Of a DNA stretch of 64,000 nucleotides, positions 19,318 to 28,445 are shown in pieces; the first letter of the stretch is position 1; each line of letters begins with the position of its first letter. Below the pieces are notes generated by a model. The model was not told the DNA's origin, ran no database searches, and saw nothing but the letters and a program-made list of their open reading frames with translations. Both the position numbers and the translations under genes were made by a program. Source of the DNA: an uncultured Verrucomicrobiae bacterium (GTDB lineage Bacteria > Verrucomicrobiota > Verrucomicrobiia > Chthoniobacterales > JAATET01). The DNA is taken from positions 1 to 64,000 of the forward strand of contig CAVRCI010000005.1 in assembly GCA_963719495.1 (NCBI GenBank), in the 5' to 3' direction.

Positions 19318-20766
19318 ATGAACATTCTCTTTGCAGCCAGCGAATACGCACCCTACGCGAGCACCGGAGCTTACGGCGAATCCGTGCGCTCGCTTGCCGC
19401 CGAGTTGACGGCCCAGGGCCACACGGTGAGCGTTGCGCTTCCTTTCTACCGCTGCGCTCGCGAGGTCGCCGGCAAGGACGCCCGGCGGACGGGTGCGGAT
19501 TTTTCGATCCCCGTTGGGGGCGCGGAACTTTCAGCGGAGATTCGCGAATTGGAAACGAAGGACGGTGTGCGGGTTTTCTTCGTGGCGCGCGACGAGTTTT
19601 TCGACCGCTCGGGCATTTACGGCGCGGACGGACGCGACTACCAGGACAACTCGGCCCGGTTCGCGCTCTTCGCGAAATGCGCCGTCGAACTCGCCAAGCG
19701 CATGGATCCAGCGCCGGATCTCATTCAGTCGTTCAACTGGCAGGGTGCGCTCGTGCCGGTCTTCGCCGCGCATCAACGTCTCGGTATTCCGACGGTGCTG
19801 GCCGCCGATTCGTTGGAGTATCAGGGGAATTTTTGGAGCTACGATTTCAGCCTCCTCAACCTGCCGAGCGAGTATTTCTCCGCTCGGGGCCTGGAGTATT
19901 TCGGCAGCCTGAATTATCTCAAGGGCGGCATGCTCGCCGCGAACGCGATTGTCGTGCCCGGGCCACGGTTCGTCTCCGAGATTCAAACCCGGGAGAACGG
20001 CTGCGGGCTCGATCCCGTCACGCGGGAGCAGGCGGGCAAAATCGAAGGGATCGCGTCAGGACTCGACGCGGCGGCCTGGAATCCGGCGACCGATACCGGT
20101 ATCGCGAAGAAATTCAAGACTCCGGACGGCAAGAAGGCCAACCGCAAACCCTGGTTTACCCGCACCGGACTCGACGCATCGCCGGAAGCGGCGCTCGTGC
20201 TCGTGGCGACCGACGCGATGATGAGCGACGGCATGGCCGCCACCCTGCCAGCGATCGATCGACTAGTCGAAGCGGGAGCCCGGATCGCCGTGGTCGGCCC
20301 CGTCCAGCCGGACAATCTTGCGGATCTGCAATTTGCCGTCCGCAAACACGCGGGCCGACTTGCCTGGCTCCCCGAAGCGGACGACGACACGCTCCGGCTT
20401 GCCGTCGCCGCATCCGACATCCTGCTCTCCGCCGACGCGATCGAACCTTCCGCCGCGTTGCTCCGCAAGGCCCTGCGCTACGGCGTTGTCCCGGTAAGTC
20501 TCGCCTGCGGCGGGCTGGCCGCACTCACACCGACCTACCGTCCCGGCAGCCAGACCGCGGTTGGTTTCACCTTCAACGTCCGAAGTGCGGATGCGGTGTC
20601 GGACATCATGCGGTTCGCGTTGACGGTCCGGGACTCGGCGGACGATTGGTCCGCGATGAGTGGACGGGCGATGGCGACGGATGTCTCCTGGACCGCGTCG
20701 GCCAGCCATCACGCTTCGCTCTACGCGAGCTTGGTCCGGACGGCGGGCCAGCGGATCGCGGCCTGA
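19318..20766 (+). CDS. glycogen/starch synthase-like glycosyltransferase (GT5), degenerate motifs
   Basis: MNILFAASEYAP, DYQDNSARFALF, YQG, NYLKGG, WNPATD. Confidence 0.85.
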   Translation: MNILFAASEYAPYASTGAYGESVRSLAAELTAQGHTVSVALPFYRCAREVAGKDARRTGADFSIPVGGAELSAEIRELETKDGVRVFFVARDEFFDRSGIYGADGRDYQDNSARFALFAKCAVELAKRMDPAPDLIQSFNWQGALVPVFAAHQRLGIPTVLAADSLEYQGNFWSYDFSLLNLPSEYFSARGLEYFGSLNYLKGGMLAANAIVVPGPRFVSEIQTRENGCGLDPVTREQAGKIEGIASGLDAAAWNPATDTGIAKKFKTPDGKKANRKPWFTRTGLDASPEAALVLVATDAMMSDGMAATLPAIDRLVEAGARIAVVGPVQPDNLADLQFAVRKHAGRLAWLPEADDDTLRLAVAASDILLSADAIEPSAALLRKALRYGVVPVSLACGGLAALTPTYRPGSQTAVGFTFNVRSADAVSDIMRFALTVRDSADDWSAMSGRAMATDVSWTASASHHASLYASLVRTAGQRIAA

Positions 20767-20776
20767 CGCGACGCCG

Positions 20777-22099
20777 ATGTTCCCGGAACTCCGAACCCAG
20801 GTGCCCGGCCCGGAGTCGCGGGCGCTCGCCCGGGAGCTGCGGCGCTACGAATCGCGCAACGTCACGTTCGTAGCCGACGATTTTCCCATCTTCTGGGACC
20901 GGGCGGAGGGATTGAACGTCTGGGACGTCGATGGCAATCGCTTCCTGGACTTCACGTCCGGCTTCGCGGTGACCGGCCTCGGCCACGGCGCTTCGCGGGT
21001 CCGCCGCGCCGCGCACGAACAATTGGATCGATTGGGCCACGCGATGGGCGACGTCCACCCGGCCCGGGTCAAGGTGGAGCTCTGCCGCAAATTGAGCGAG
21101 ATCACGTTCGAACGGTGGGGCCGGGGGACGGGCCGCACGATCCTGGGAAGTTCCGGTTCGGAGGCGGTCGAATCGGCCCTCAAGACTGCGCTGCTGAGAA
21201 CGGGACGAGCGGGGGTGCTGACGTTCGAAGGAGCCTACCACGGGCTGGGTCACGGGGCGCTGGCCGCGGGCGGCTTGGATTACTTTCGCGGGCCTTTCGA
21301 GGCGCAACTCGGGCGGTTCGCCGTTCGGGTGCCTTTCCCCGCCGGGCCCCGGGCCGATTCGGGTCCGATTTTCGAGCAAATCCGAGCTTCACTGCGCGAG
21401 CACTCGATTGGGAGCATCCTCGTTGAACCGATCCAGGGTCGCGGCGGCGAGGTGGTTCCGCCCGCCGATTTTCTGGCCGGTCTGCGCGAAATTTCCGATG
21501 AATTTGAAGTTCTCCTCATTTTCGACGAGATCTACACGGGCTTCAATCGGACGGGCGCTCTCTTCGCGTGCGATCGCGTGGACGTCGCTCCGGATCTGAT
21601 TTGCCTCGGTAAGGGATTGACGTCCGGCTTTCCGCTGTCGGCCTGCGTCGGGTCGGCGGAGATCATGGACGCCTGGCCGGAATCGTCGGGGGAGGCATTG
21701 CACACAAGCACCTACCTGGGTCACCCGGTTGGGTGCGCGATGGCCTTGGCGGCGATCGCCGAACACCTCCGACCGGAGACCCGGGAGTCCGTTGCGACCG
21801 CCTCCGCGGCGTTCGATCGGGCGTTTGCCGATCTGAATGTGGATTGGATCGGGGGATTTCGGGGAGCCGGGTTGCTGCGGGGAATCGAGATCGTTCGTCC
21901 GGACGGTTCGCCGGACGGAGCATTGGCCGGAGACTGTGTGACCGGACTGCTCGGGCGTGGTCTCCTGATCCTGGCCGGGGCGCCGGATGGCAACGTGGTC
22001 TCACTCACTCCGCCTTTCGCAATCAGCGAGGCGGAAATTCGTTTCTTCACTGCGGCACTTCAGGAATACGTGACGTCGCGGGCCGGATCCATTTCGTAA
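20777..22099 (+). CDS. class III PLP-dependent aminotransferase
   Basis: DVDGNRFLDF, SGSEAVE, YHG, EPIQGRGG, FDEIYTGFNRTG, LGKGL. Confidence 0.93.
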   Translation: MFPELRTQVPGPESRALARELRRYESRNVTFVADDFPIFWDRAEGLNVWDVDGNRFLDFTSGFAVTGLGHGASRVRRAAHEQLDRLGHAMGDVHPARVKVELCRKLSEITFERWGRGTGRTILGSSGSEAVESALKTALLRTGRAGVLTFEGAYHGLGHGALAAGGLDYFRGPFEAQLGRFAVRVPFPAGPRADSGPIFEQIRASLREHSIGSILVEPIQGRGGEVVPPADFLAGLREISDEFEVLLIFDEIYTGFNRTGALFACDRVDVAPDLICLGKGLTSGFPLSACVGSAEIMDAWPESSGEALHTSTYLGHPVGCAMALAAIAEHLRPETRESVATASAAFDRAFADLNVDWIGGFRGAGLLRGIEIVRPDGSPDGALAGDCVTGLLGRGLLILAGAPDGNVVSLTPPFAISEAEIRFFTAALQEYVTSRAGSIS

Positions 22100-22377
22100 T
22101 CGAGAGCGAGCCGCTCCGTCGTGTGGGGACGAATCACCTCTTCGAGAAACTTTACGTGGTGCGGCGCATCCCGATAGATCGCCAGCCGCTCCATGTTATC
22201 AACGTCGACCGCCAGAAAAAACGGCCAATCGGCGTCGGGGTCGATCTGTTTGCCACATTTGACGCTGAGGACCTCCGGGATCTTGAGCAGCCGGATTCGC
22301 GTCTGCCGCATCATCCACTCCACCCGGTCGTCGTCGACGTCGTCAGCCAGTTTGAAAAGGACCAGGTGGTGAATCAT
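22060..22377 (-). CDS. Dabb (stress-responsive A/B barrel) protein
   Basis: MIHHLVLFKL...YRDAPHH...ALDY. Confidence 0.85.
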   Translation of the reverse strand: MIHHLVLFKLADDVDDDRVEWMMRQTRIRLLKIPEVLSVKCGKQIDPDADWPFFLAVDVDNMERLAIYRDAPHHVKFLEEVIRPHTTERLALDYEMDPARDVTYS

Positions 22378-22411
22378 CTCGAAAAAACCGACCCGACCGC
22401 GCCCAATCGGG

Positions 22412-22786
22412 TCAGCGAGACCAGTCGAGCGCTCCCTTCTTGACGGCGTAGATGTATCCAAAGAGCAGGATGGTCACGAAGCTCAGCATGCTCCACAGAA
22501 TGATCGGCCCGTGGATCGCGACGAAGTCGCGAAAGACAACCGCCCACGGATACATGAAGACCACTTCAATATCGAAGAGGATGAAGAGCATGGCCACGAG
22601 GTAGAACTTGACGCTGAACCGAGGCTGCGGGCCCGCTTCGGGGAGCATTCCGCATTCGTAGGCGACGTCCTTGACGGCGTTGCGCTTACCGGCGCGCCCG
22701 AGAACGACGTTTGCCAGCAGCGCGGACGTGGCGAAGCCGACCGCCACGATGACGTGGATGAGCACGGGGACGTAATTCTCGAGCAT
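22412..22786 (-). CDS. nuoA: NADH-quinone oxidoreductase subunit A
   Basis: YECG, FSVKFYLVAMLFILFDIE, KKGALDW. Confidence 0.95.
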   Translation of the reverse strand: MLENYVPVLIHVIVAVGFATSALLANVVLGRAGKRNAVKDVAYECGMLPEAGPQPRFSVKFYLVAMLFILFDIEVVFMYPWAVVFRDFVAIHGPIILWSMLSFVTILLFGYIYAVKKGALDWSR

Positions 22787-22847
22787 GCGAGCGTCGTTTT
22801 AAAAGGCCCACGGGGTGAAGGCAACCCCGGAAACGGTCAGCCTTGGA

Positions 22848-23183
22848 TCACTTCGAAGCCGGAGCGGGTGCCGCGCCCGCGCCGCCTGCCGCCTGCGGAG
22901 CGGGCGGCGGGATGAGTGCCTTCGAGATCGAGGCGAGGGCCTTGTATTTCTTGCCGGTCTTCTTGACCATGCCGCGCGACACGAGGTTTTGAAGTTTTTC
23001 GTAAGCACGGAGACGGAGCATCTCCTCACCTCCACTGGCGGCGTTCCGAGCCTTCAATTTTTCGTGGACGACGTCGAAGAGTTGCTTGAACTCGAATGCG
23101 GTGCTTTTACCCGTGAGGGCGGCAACGAGTTCTTCAGTAACAAGATCGGGAAGGCGGCGAGAGAAGGCACTTTTTCTTTGCAT
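22848..23183 (-). CDS. conserved small basic hypothetical protein
   Basis: GGEEMLRLRAYEKLQNLVSRG with backbone-like codon usage. Confidence 0.7.
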   Translation of the reverse strand: MQRKSAFSRRLPDLVTEELVAALTGKSTAFEFKQLFDVVHEKLKARNAASGGEEMLRLRAYEKLQNLVSRGMVKKTGKKYKALASISKALIPPPAPQAAGGAGAAPAPASK

Positions 23184-23320
23184 AACGAGTGTCGCATAGA
23201 ATAGCACCCTTCGATCATAAGTCAGGAAGTTTTTGCGGCTCCTTCGCCGGACCTCCCAGCGTCCTCCTTGGATCCCGACTTTCCCTCGCTTTCCCGGATG
23301 CGGCGCGGCATTTTCAGCCG

Positions 23321-23728
23321 ATGATTTTGACGGGATTGACCAAATATCGCGACCTCGGCCTCCTCTTTCTTCGTCTCGGGATCGGGGCGATGTTTGCCTT
23401 CGTCCACGGTTGGCCGAAGATCGCGGGAGGACTCGAAAAATGGCGCGAACTCGGCGGAGCGATGAGTCACGTCGGGATCGATTTCGCACCGGAGATCTGG
23501 GGTTTTCTCGCGTCCTTTGCGGAGTTCGGCGGCGGCCTGCTGCTGATGGTCGGGTTTCTCTTCCGACCCGCGGCGATCGGTCTCGCCTGCACGATGGCCG
23601 TGGCCGCGTGGATGAAATACCACACCGGAGGATCGCTCTTCGCAGCGGCGCATCCGCTCGAAATGGGAATCGTCTTCGCTGCGCTGATTCTGATCGGGCC
23701 GGGACGGTATTCCGTCGATCGCTCCTGA
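23321..23728 (+). CDS. DoxX-family membrane protein
   Basis: LLFLRLGIG..HGWPK..EFGGG..GPGRYSVD. Confidence 0.9.
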   Translation: MILTGLTKYRDLGLLFLRLGIGAMFAFVHGWPKIAGGLEKWRELGGAMSHVGIDFAPEIWGFLASFAEFGGGLLLMVGFLFRPAAIGLACTMAVAAWMKYHTGGSLFAAAHPLEMGIVFAALILIGPGRYSVDRS

Positions 23729-23774
23729 TCGGCCGACGGAATAAGACCCGTCGCCGCGACCTCGGTTCCCCACT

Positions 23775-25202
23775 ATGAAATTACGCGCCAAGATCATCGC
23801 CGCCATGGCGATGGTCGGGCTCGTCGTCGTGGCGGCGAGCCTCGCGGTCTCCGGATTCCTTCGCTACGGCGAGATCCTCGACGAATTCCAGACCTTCGTC
23901 CGCTCAGTCGCGGGCACCACCGCAATCTCCATCGACCCCGGCGACCTGGCTGCCATCCACACCAACGACGACGCCGACACCCCGGCTTTCCAGCGCGTGC
24001 GGGCCACCCTCCGGGCTTCGCAGAAGATCAACGGCCTCGAGGAGGCGGAGATTTACATCCTCCGCCCGTCTCCGGCCAATCCCTTCGAAACCGAGTTCAT
24101 CGCGATGCTGCAGAAGGACACTTTCATCGGCGACCGCTACACCATCCCCGAGATCAATCGGCCCACGCTGCGCGACGCTGTCCGAATGCGACGTCCCTAC
24201 GCCTCGTCCCCCTACAAGGACGAACACGGGCGCTGGATCAGCGGCTTTGCGCCGATTTTCGACGCGGACGGCGAGCCGGTCGCCCTGTTGGTGGCCGACG
24301 CCGAGATTTCGAAATTTCTTACCCGGCTCCGCGACGACCTCCTCTCCTCCGCCGCCGCGGGCCTCCTCGCTCTCGCTCTCGCCATGGTCCCCGGCATCCT
24401 GCTCGCGAACCGCATCACGGGCGGTATCCAACTCCTATCCGCGGGCATGCAGCGCTTTCACGACGGCCAAACCGACGTCATCGTCGACGTGCGCACGGGC
24501 GACGAGATTGAAACCCTCGGGTCTGCTTTCAACGAAATGATCGTCTCGCTCGCGGAGAAGCTCGCCCTCCTCCCCTACGTCTCGCGCTTCACCGCCGAAG
24601 CTGTCCGACGCAGCCGCACCGATCCGTCGTGGCTCACCGGCTCCGAACAGGACGTCACCGTCCTCTTCGCGGACCTCCGCGGCTTCACCCGCTTCTCCGA
24701 GGATCGCGAAGCGAACACTCTCGTCCGCGAGCTCAATCAGCTTCTCTCCGTGCAGGCCGACGTCGTGGTCTCCGCCGGCGGCGACGTCGACAAATTCATC
24801 GGTGACGCCGTGATGGCCGTTTTTCTGAACTCCGAGCACGCCCCCGCCCGCGTCCTCGAATGCGCCTCCCGCCTCATCCATCGCGTCCGCGACGAGACCC
24901 GGCAATCCGGCTGGCAGCTGGGCCTCGGGGTCGGCATTCACACCGGACATGCCGTCGTCGGCTCGATCGGCAGCGAAACCCGCCGCGATTTCACCGCCAT
25001 CGGCCACACCGTGAACCTCGCGTCCCGCCTCTGCGACCACGCCGCCTCGTGGCAGATCCTCGTTTCCTGCGATTTTTACGATTTGCTTCCGCCGGAAACC
25101 CGCGCGCATTTTCGCGTCACCGACCCCATAGAATTTAAAAACGTCGACCGCTTCGTTGCCACCTACGCCAGCGACCCCGCACCCGAAGCGATCCCGGTGT
25201 AG
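23775..25202 (+). CDS. membrane adenylate/guanylate cyclase with HAMP domain
   Basis: Two TM segments, DEIETLGSAFNEM, LFADLRGFT, DKFIGDAVMA, VNLASRL. Confidence 0.93.
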   Translation: MKLRAKIIAAMAMVGLVVVAASLAVSGFLRYGEILDEFQTFVRSVAGTTAISIDPGDLAAIHTNDDADTPAFQRVRATLRASQKINGLEEAEIYILRPSPANPFETEFIAMLQKDTFIGDRYTIPEINRPTLRDAVRMRRPYASSPYKDEHGRWISGFAPIFDADGEPVALLVADAEISKFLTRLRDDLLSSAAAGLLALALAMVPGILLANRITGGIQLLSAGMQRFHDGQTDVIVDVRTGDEIETLGSAFNEMIVSLAEKLALLPYVSRFTAEAVRRSRTDPSWLTGSEQDVTVLFADLRGFTRFSEDREANTLVRELNQLLSVQADVVVSAGGDVDKFIGDAVMAVFLNSEHAPARVLECASRLIHRVRDETRQSGWQLGLGVGIHTGHAVVGSIGSETRRDFTAIGHTVNLASRLCDHAASWQILVSCDFYDLLPPETRAHFRVTDPIEFKNVDRFVATYASDPAPEAIPV

Positions 25203-25212
25203 AGTGGCCGCG

Positions 25213-26238
25213 ATGCAACCCGCCCGCGGAGCCGCCGCCAATCCGAAGAACCGCTTCACCGCCCTCGAGGTCGAGCTCGACCCCGCCGAGACCGCCGACG
25301 ATAGCCCAGCGCGAACGCAATTTCTGCGCGACGACAGCCAGTCCATCATCACAGCGAACACCAGCCCCGACGTTCCCTTCGACGCCAGCATCAATCCCTA
25401 CCGCGGCTGCGAGCACGGCTGCGCCTACTGCTTCGCCCGCCCGACCCACGAGTATCTCGGCTTCTCCGCCGGTCTCGATTTCGAGTCCCGCATCATCGTC
25501 AAGGAGAACGCCCCCGAGCTCCTCCGCGCCGAACTCCTCTCGCCCCGCTGGCGACCGCGCCCCCTCGCAATGAGCACCGTGACCGACTGTTACCAGCCCG
25601 CCGAGCGCCGCCTCGAGCTCACCCGCCGCTGCCTCGGCGTCCTCGCCGATCTCCGCCACCCCGTCGGCATCATCACGAAAAACCACCTCGTCACCCGCGA
25701 CGTCGACCACCTCGCCGATCTCGCGAGATTCGCGGCCGCCCACGTCGCCATCTCGATCACCACGCTCGATCCCGACCTCGCGAAAAACCTCGAGCCCCGC
25801 GCTTCCACCCCATCCCGCCGTCTTGCCGCCGTCCGCGAGCTCACTGCCGCCGGCGTCCCCGTGAGCGTTCTCATGGCTCCGTGCATTCCCGGCCTCACCG
25901 ATCACGAAATCCCCGCCGTCTTCGCCGCGGCCGCGGAAGCCGGAGCGCTCGACGCCCACCTCATTCCCCTCCGCCTGCCCGGAGCCGTTGCGCCGATCTT
26001 CGAAGCGTGGCTCGACCAACACCGTCCCGGCAGCAAGGACCGGGTGCTCGACCGAGTCCGCTCGATGCGTGGGGGCAAATTAAATGACCCCCGTTTTGGA
26101 TCGCGCTTTCGCGGCGAAGGCCCGTTCGCCGAAAGCCTTCGCGCCCTCGCCAGGCTCGTCCACCGGGCCGCCCGTTTCCCCGGCCTCCCACCCCTGGCGA
26201 CCACCGCCTTTCGCCGCCCTCAGCTCGAGCTGTTTTGA
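25213..26238 (+). CDS. PA0069-family radical SAM protein
   Basis: NPYRGCEHGCAYCFAR, TDCYQP, LEPRAS. Confidence 0.92.
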   Translation: MQPARGAAANPKNRFTALEVELDPAETADDSPARTQFLRDDSQSIITANTSPDVPFDASINPYRGCEHGCAYCFARPTHEYLGFSAGLDFESRIIVKENAPELLRAELLSPRWRPRPLAMSTVTDCYQPAERRLELTRRCLGVLADLRHPVGIITKNHLVTRDVDHLADLARFAAAHVAISITTLDPDLAKNLEPRASTPSRRLAAVRELTAAGVPVSVLMAPCIPGLTDHEIPAVFAAAAEAGALDAHLIPLRLPGAVAPIFEAWLDQHRPGSKDRVLDRVRSMRGGKLNDPRFGSRFRGEGPFAESLRALARLVHRAARFPGLPPLATTAFRRPQLELF

Positions 26239-26512
26239 GCGGCTCCGGCGAGTGTCGGAACAAGCGCTCCGCGAACGCGGGGTGCGGCTGCGGAATGATC
26301 GTCGGGACGCAGGAATCTCAACCCGGAGGGCGCAGGGTGTGATCGAAAATGCGTTCAAGCAAAGCCCGGAAGGTGCCAGTGAACTCGGGATCAACGAGCC
26401 CGCACGCGTCGAACCGCATGTAAGGCCCACGCACGAATGGCCATGATACCGCCCACGCGGCGAAGCAAACCTCCAGTCACCCTCCGAGTTTGCGGTAGAA
26501 CGCCCCACGGAC

Positions 26513-26560
26513 CCCATTACCGATAAAATGTAACGGCCGTTACATTTTATCGGTAATGGG
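26513..26560. repeat. 48-bp perfect palindrome (GTAACGGCCGTTAC-core family)
   Basis: cccattaccgataaaatgtaacgg|ccgttacattttatcggtaatggg. Confidence 0.95.
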
Positions 26561-26685
26561 TTGCTGGCGGGATTTTCGGGGGAGCCCCGCGGCTTGCAGC
26601 TGGCAAGCCGGAGCTTGCCCGTTCAAAGGCCGCAGATCCGCGGGCACCCGGACAGCGAGCGGCGACCCAACGAGCAAATCCGCTC

Positions 26686-26719
26686 CCGATAGAATGTAAC
26701 GGCCGTTACATTTTATCGG
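26686..26719. repeat. 34-bp near-perfect palindrome, same family
   Basis: ccgatagaatgtaacgg|ccgttacattttatcgg. Confidence 0.95.
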
Positions 26720-27212
26720 TCGACTCTGCGGGGACCGGGGAGGCGCTGGGATGACCCGGGAGTCCCTCTGCCGCCAGGCTTTGGATCGCGGCGATCTTCC
26801 ACGGATTCGTCGCCAGCCTCCTGGCATCCCCCCGGTCAGACATCGTTGGCCTTCGCAAGATTCTTCTTCCGATCAAGACGCGCTCTCGATCACACCCGGA
26901 GGGCGAAGCACCCGCCGAGCCGCATTTTATCGCACGGATGCGAGTGATAATCGGGTGCTTCGGAGGCGATGTTTTAGCCGGGGCCTGGTCCTTCGGGGAC
27001 GATCGCCCGGAAGGGGACTCGACCCGAACCGAATAGAAAACTCTTTACGAGATCGTCGGGAATTTTTCCGATCGATCGTAGGTGCAAAAAGTGGGCGGGG
27101 CGGGCGGGTCTCGACGTTTGTCCGCGAGCCCGTCTTTGCCAACACGCTTTCGCTCGACGCTCCCGCGGAGATCTCCCGCTGCGGGATTCCGGTGCGATGG
27201 TGTGATGGCGAA

Positions 27213-27237
27213 GGAACCCGCGGCGCGGCTCCCTACC
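27213..27237 (-). repeat. REP-like family A (GGTAGGG..GCCGCGCCG) single copy
   Basis: Reverse complement ggtagggagccgcgccgcgggttcc matches 56218-56245 and 47134-47161. Confidence 0.7.
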
Positions 27238-27270
27238 TTGGTTTCGGAACGGCTTCGCTTCAGCCTCGTC

Positions 27271-27594
27271 TCAAGCCGCGAGCTTGGCGAGGAGGTCGGC
27301 TTTGCTGGCCATGCCGGTGATCTGCTCGACCATCGCGCCGCCCTTGAAGATCAGGAAGGTGGGGATCGCCTGCACGCGGTATTTGGCCGCGGTGGCCGGA
27401 TGATCGTCGATGTTGAGCTTGCCCACTTTCGCGGTGCCGGAGGTTTCGTTGGCGATCTCGTCAATCACCGGAGCGATCAGCTTGCAGGGTCCGCACCAAG
27501 GTGCCCAGAGGTCCACGAGAACGGGGACTTCCGAACCCGAGATCTCGGCTTCAAAATTGGAGTCGGTGAATTCGACGACGTTTGCACTGGCCAT
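27271..27594 (-). CDS. trxA: thioredoxin
   Basis: WAPWCGPC active site. Confidence 0.96.
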   Translation of the reverse strand: MASANVVEFTDSNFEAEISGSEVPVLVDLWAPWCGPCKLIAPVIDEIANETSGTAKVGKLNIDDHPATAAKYRVQAIPTFLIFKGGAMVEQITGMASKADLLAKLAA

Positions 27595-27677
27595 GATAAA
27601 ATTTTTCGAAGTTTAGGTTCGTTCCGGGGAGCAACGTTCCCGCCCAACGCACTTCGCGTCGGACCGGGCAACGAAAC

Positions 27678-28379
27678 CTACAGGAGGAACAAAACTTGAA
27701 CGATCAGGGCTAGGACGGCGGCGATGGCGGCGATGGCACTCAGGGTCATATCGTATTCCTCGGATGATTCTGCTTCGACGACAGTCGGAGCGGTTTTGAC
27801 TGGAAAATTTGGGCTGGCGGCGGAGGCCGATGGCTTCTGGAGCTGGACGGTTGCCTGGGGCTTCGGCGCGGCGGTCGGAGCCGGGGTGACTTTGGCGGTC
27901 TCCTTCTTCGGCTGAGGCTTCACGGCGACGGGAGCGGGTCCGGTCGGCGTGGGGGCCGCTGGCTTGAGCGGCATCGGGCTCGTGGGAGCAGCCGCCGGCT
28001 TGAGTCCACCCGCGGCGGGTGCGGCGGGCTTGGGTGCCAACGGAGCGGTCGGAGCGCCGGGAGGCTTCGGCGCGGCGGGCTTCAGACCGGAGGGCGGTGC
28101 TGGCGGCGCGGGAGGCTTGGGACCAGAAGGAGGAGATGGCGGTTTCAGACCACTCGGTGGCTTCGGTGCCGCCGGAGAGGCGGGTGGCTTGGGCGCGTCA
28201 GCCGGAGCGGAGGGTGCCGCCGGGGCTTCGGGAGCCTCGGGCGCGGACGGTGGTTTCGCCGAAACGGGCTTCGGCGGGAGATTGATCATGGCCGACTCGC
28301 GGGGCGTGGAGGTCGCTGCCTGTCCCTCTTTGCGCGGGGGGAGGACGATGCGGACGGTTTCTTTCTTCGGTTCGCTCAT
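27678..28379 (-). CDS. Pro/Ala-rich protein with C-terminal TM anchor
   Basis: Low-complexity PAAP/KPP region, repeated PKKET motif, hydrophobic C-terminus. Confidence 0.75.
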   Translation of the reverse strand: MSEPKKETVRIVLPPRKEGQAATSTPRESAMINLPPKPVSAKPPSAPEAPEAPAAPSAPADAPKPPASPAAPKPPSGLKPPSPPSGPKPPAPPAPPSGLKPAAPKPPGAPTAPLAPKPAAPAAGGLKPAAAPTSPMPLKPAAPTPTGPAPVAVKPQPKKETAKVTPAPTAAPKPQATVQLQKPSASAASPNFPVKTAPTVVEAESSEEYDMTLSAIAAIAAVLALIVQVLFLL

Positions 28380-28445
28380 ACGGTGGGAAAACTTGCGGCA
28401 GGGTTCAGGAGGTCTGGAAAAACTGCCGTTTTTCGGGCTATCGTG

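Noticed and set aside
26513..26719. possible CRISPR array
   Set aside because: Only two units per locus, ~125-bp spacers, full palindromes, and no cas genes.
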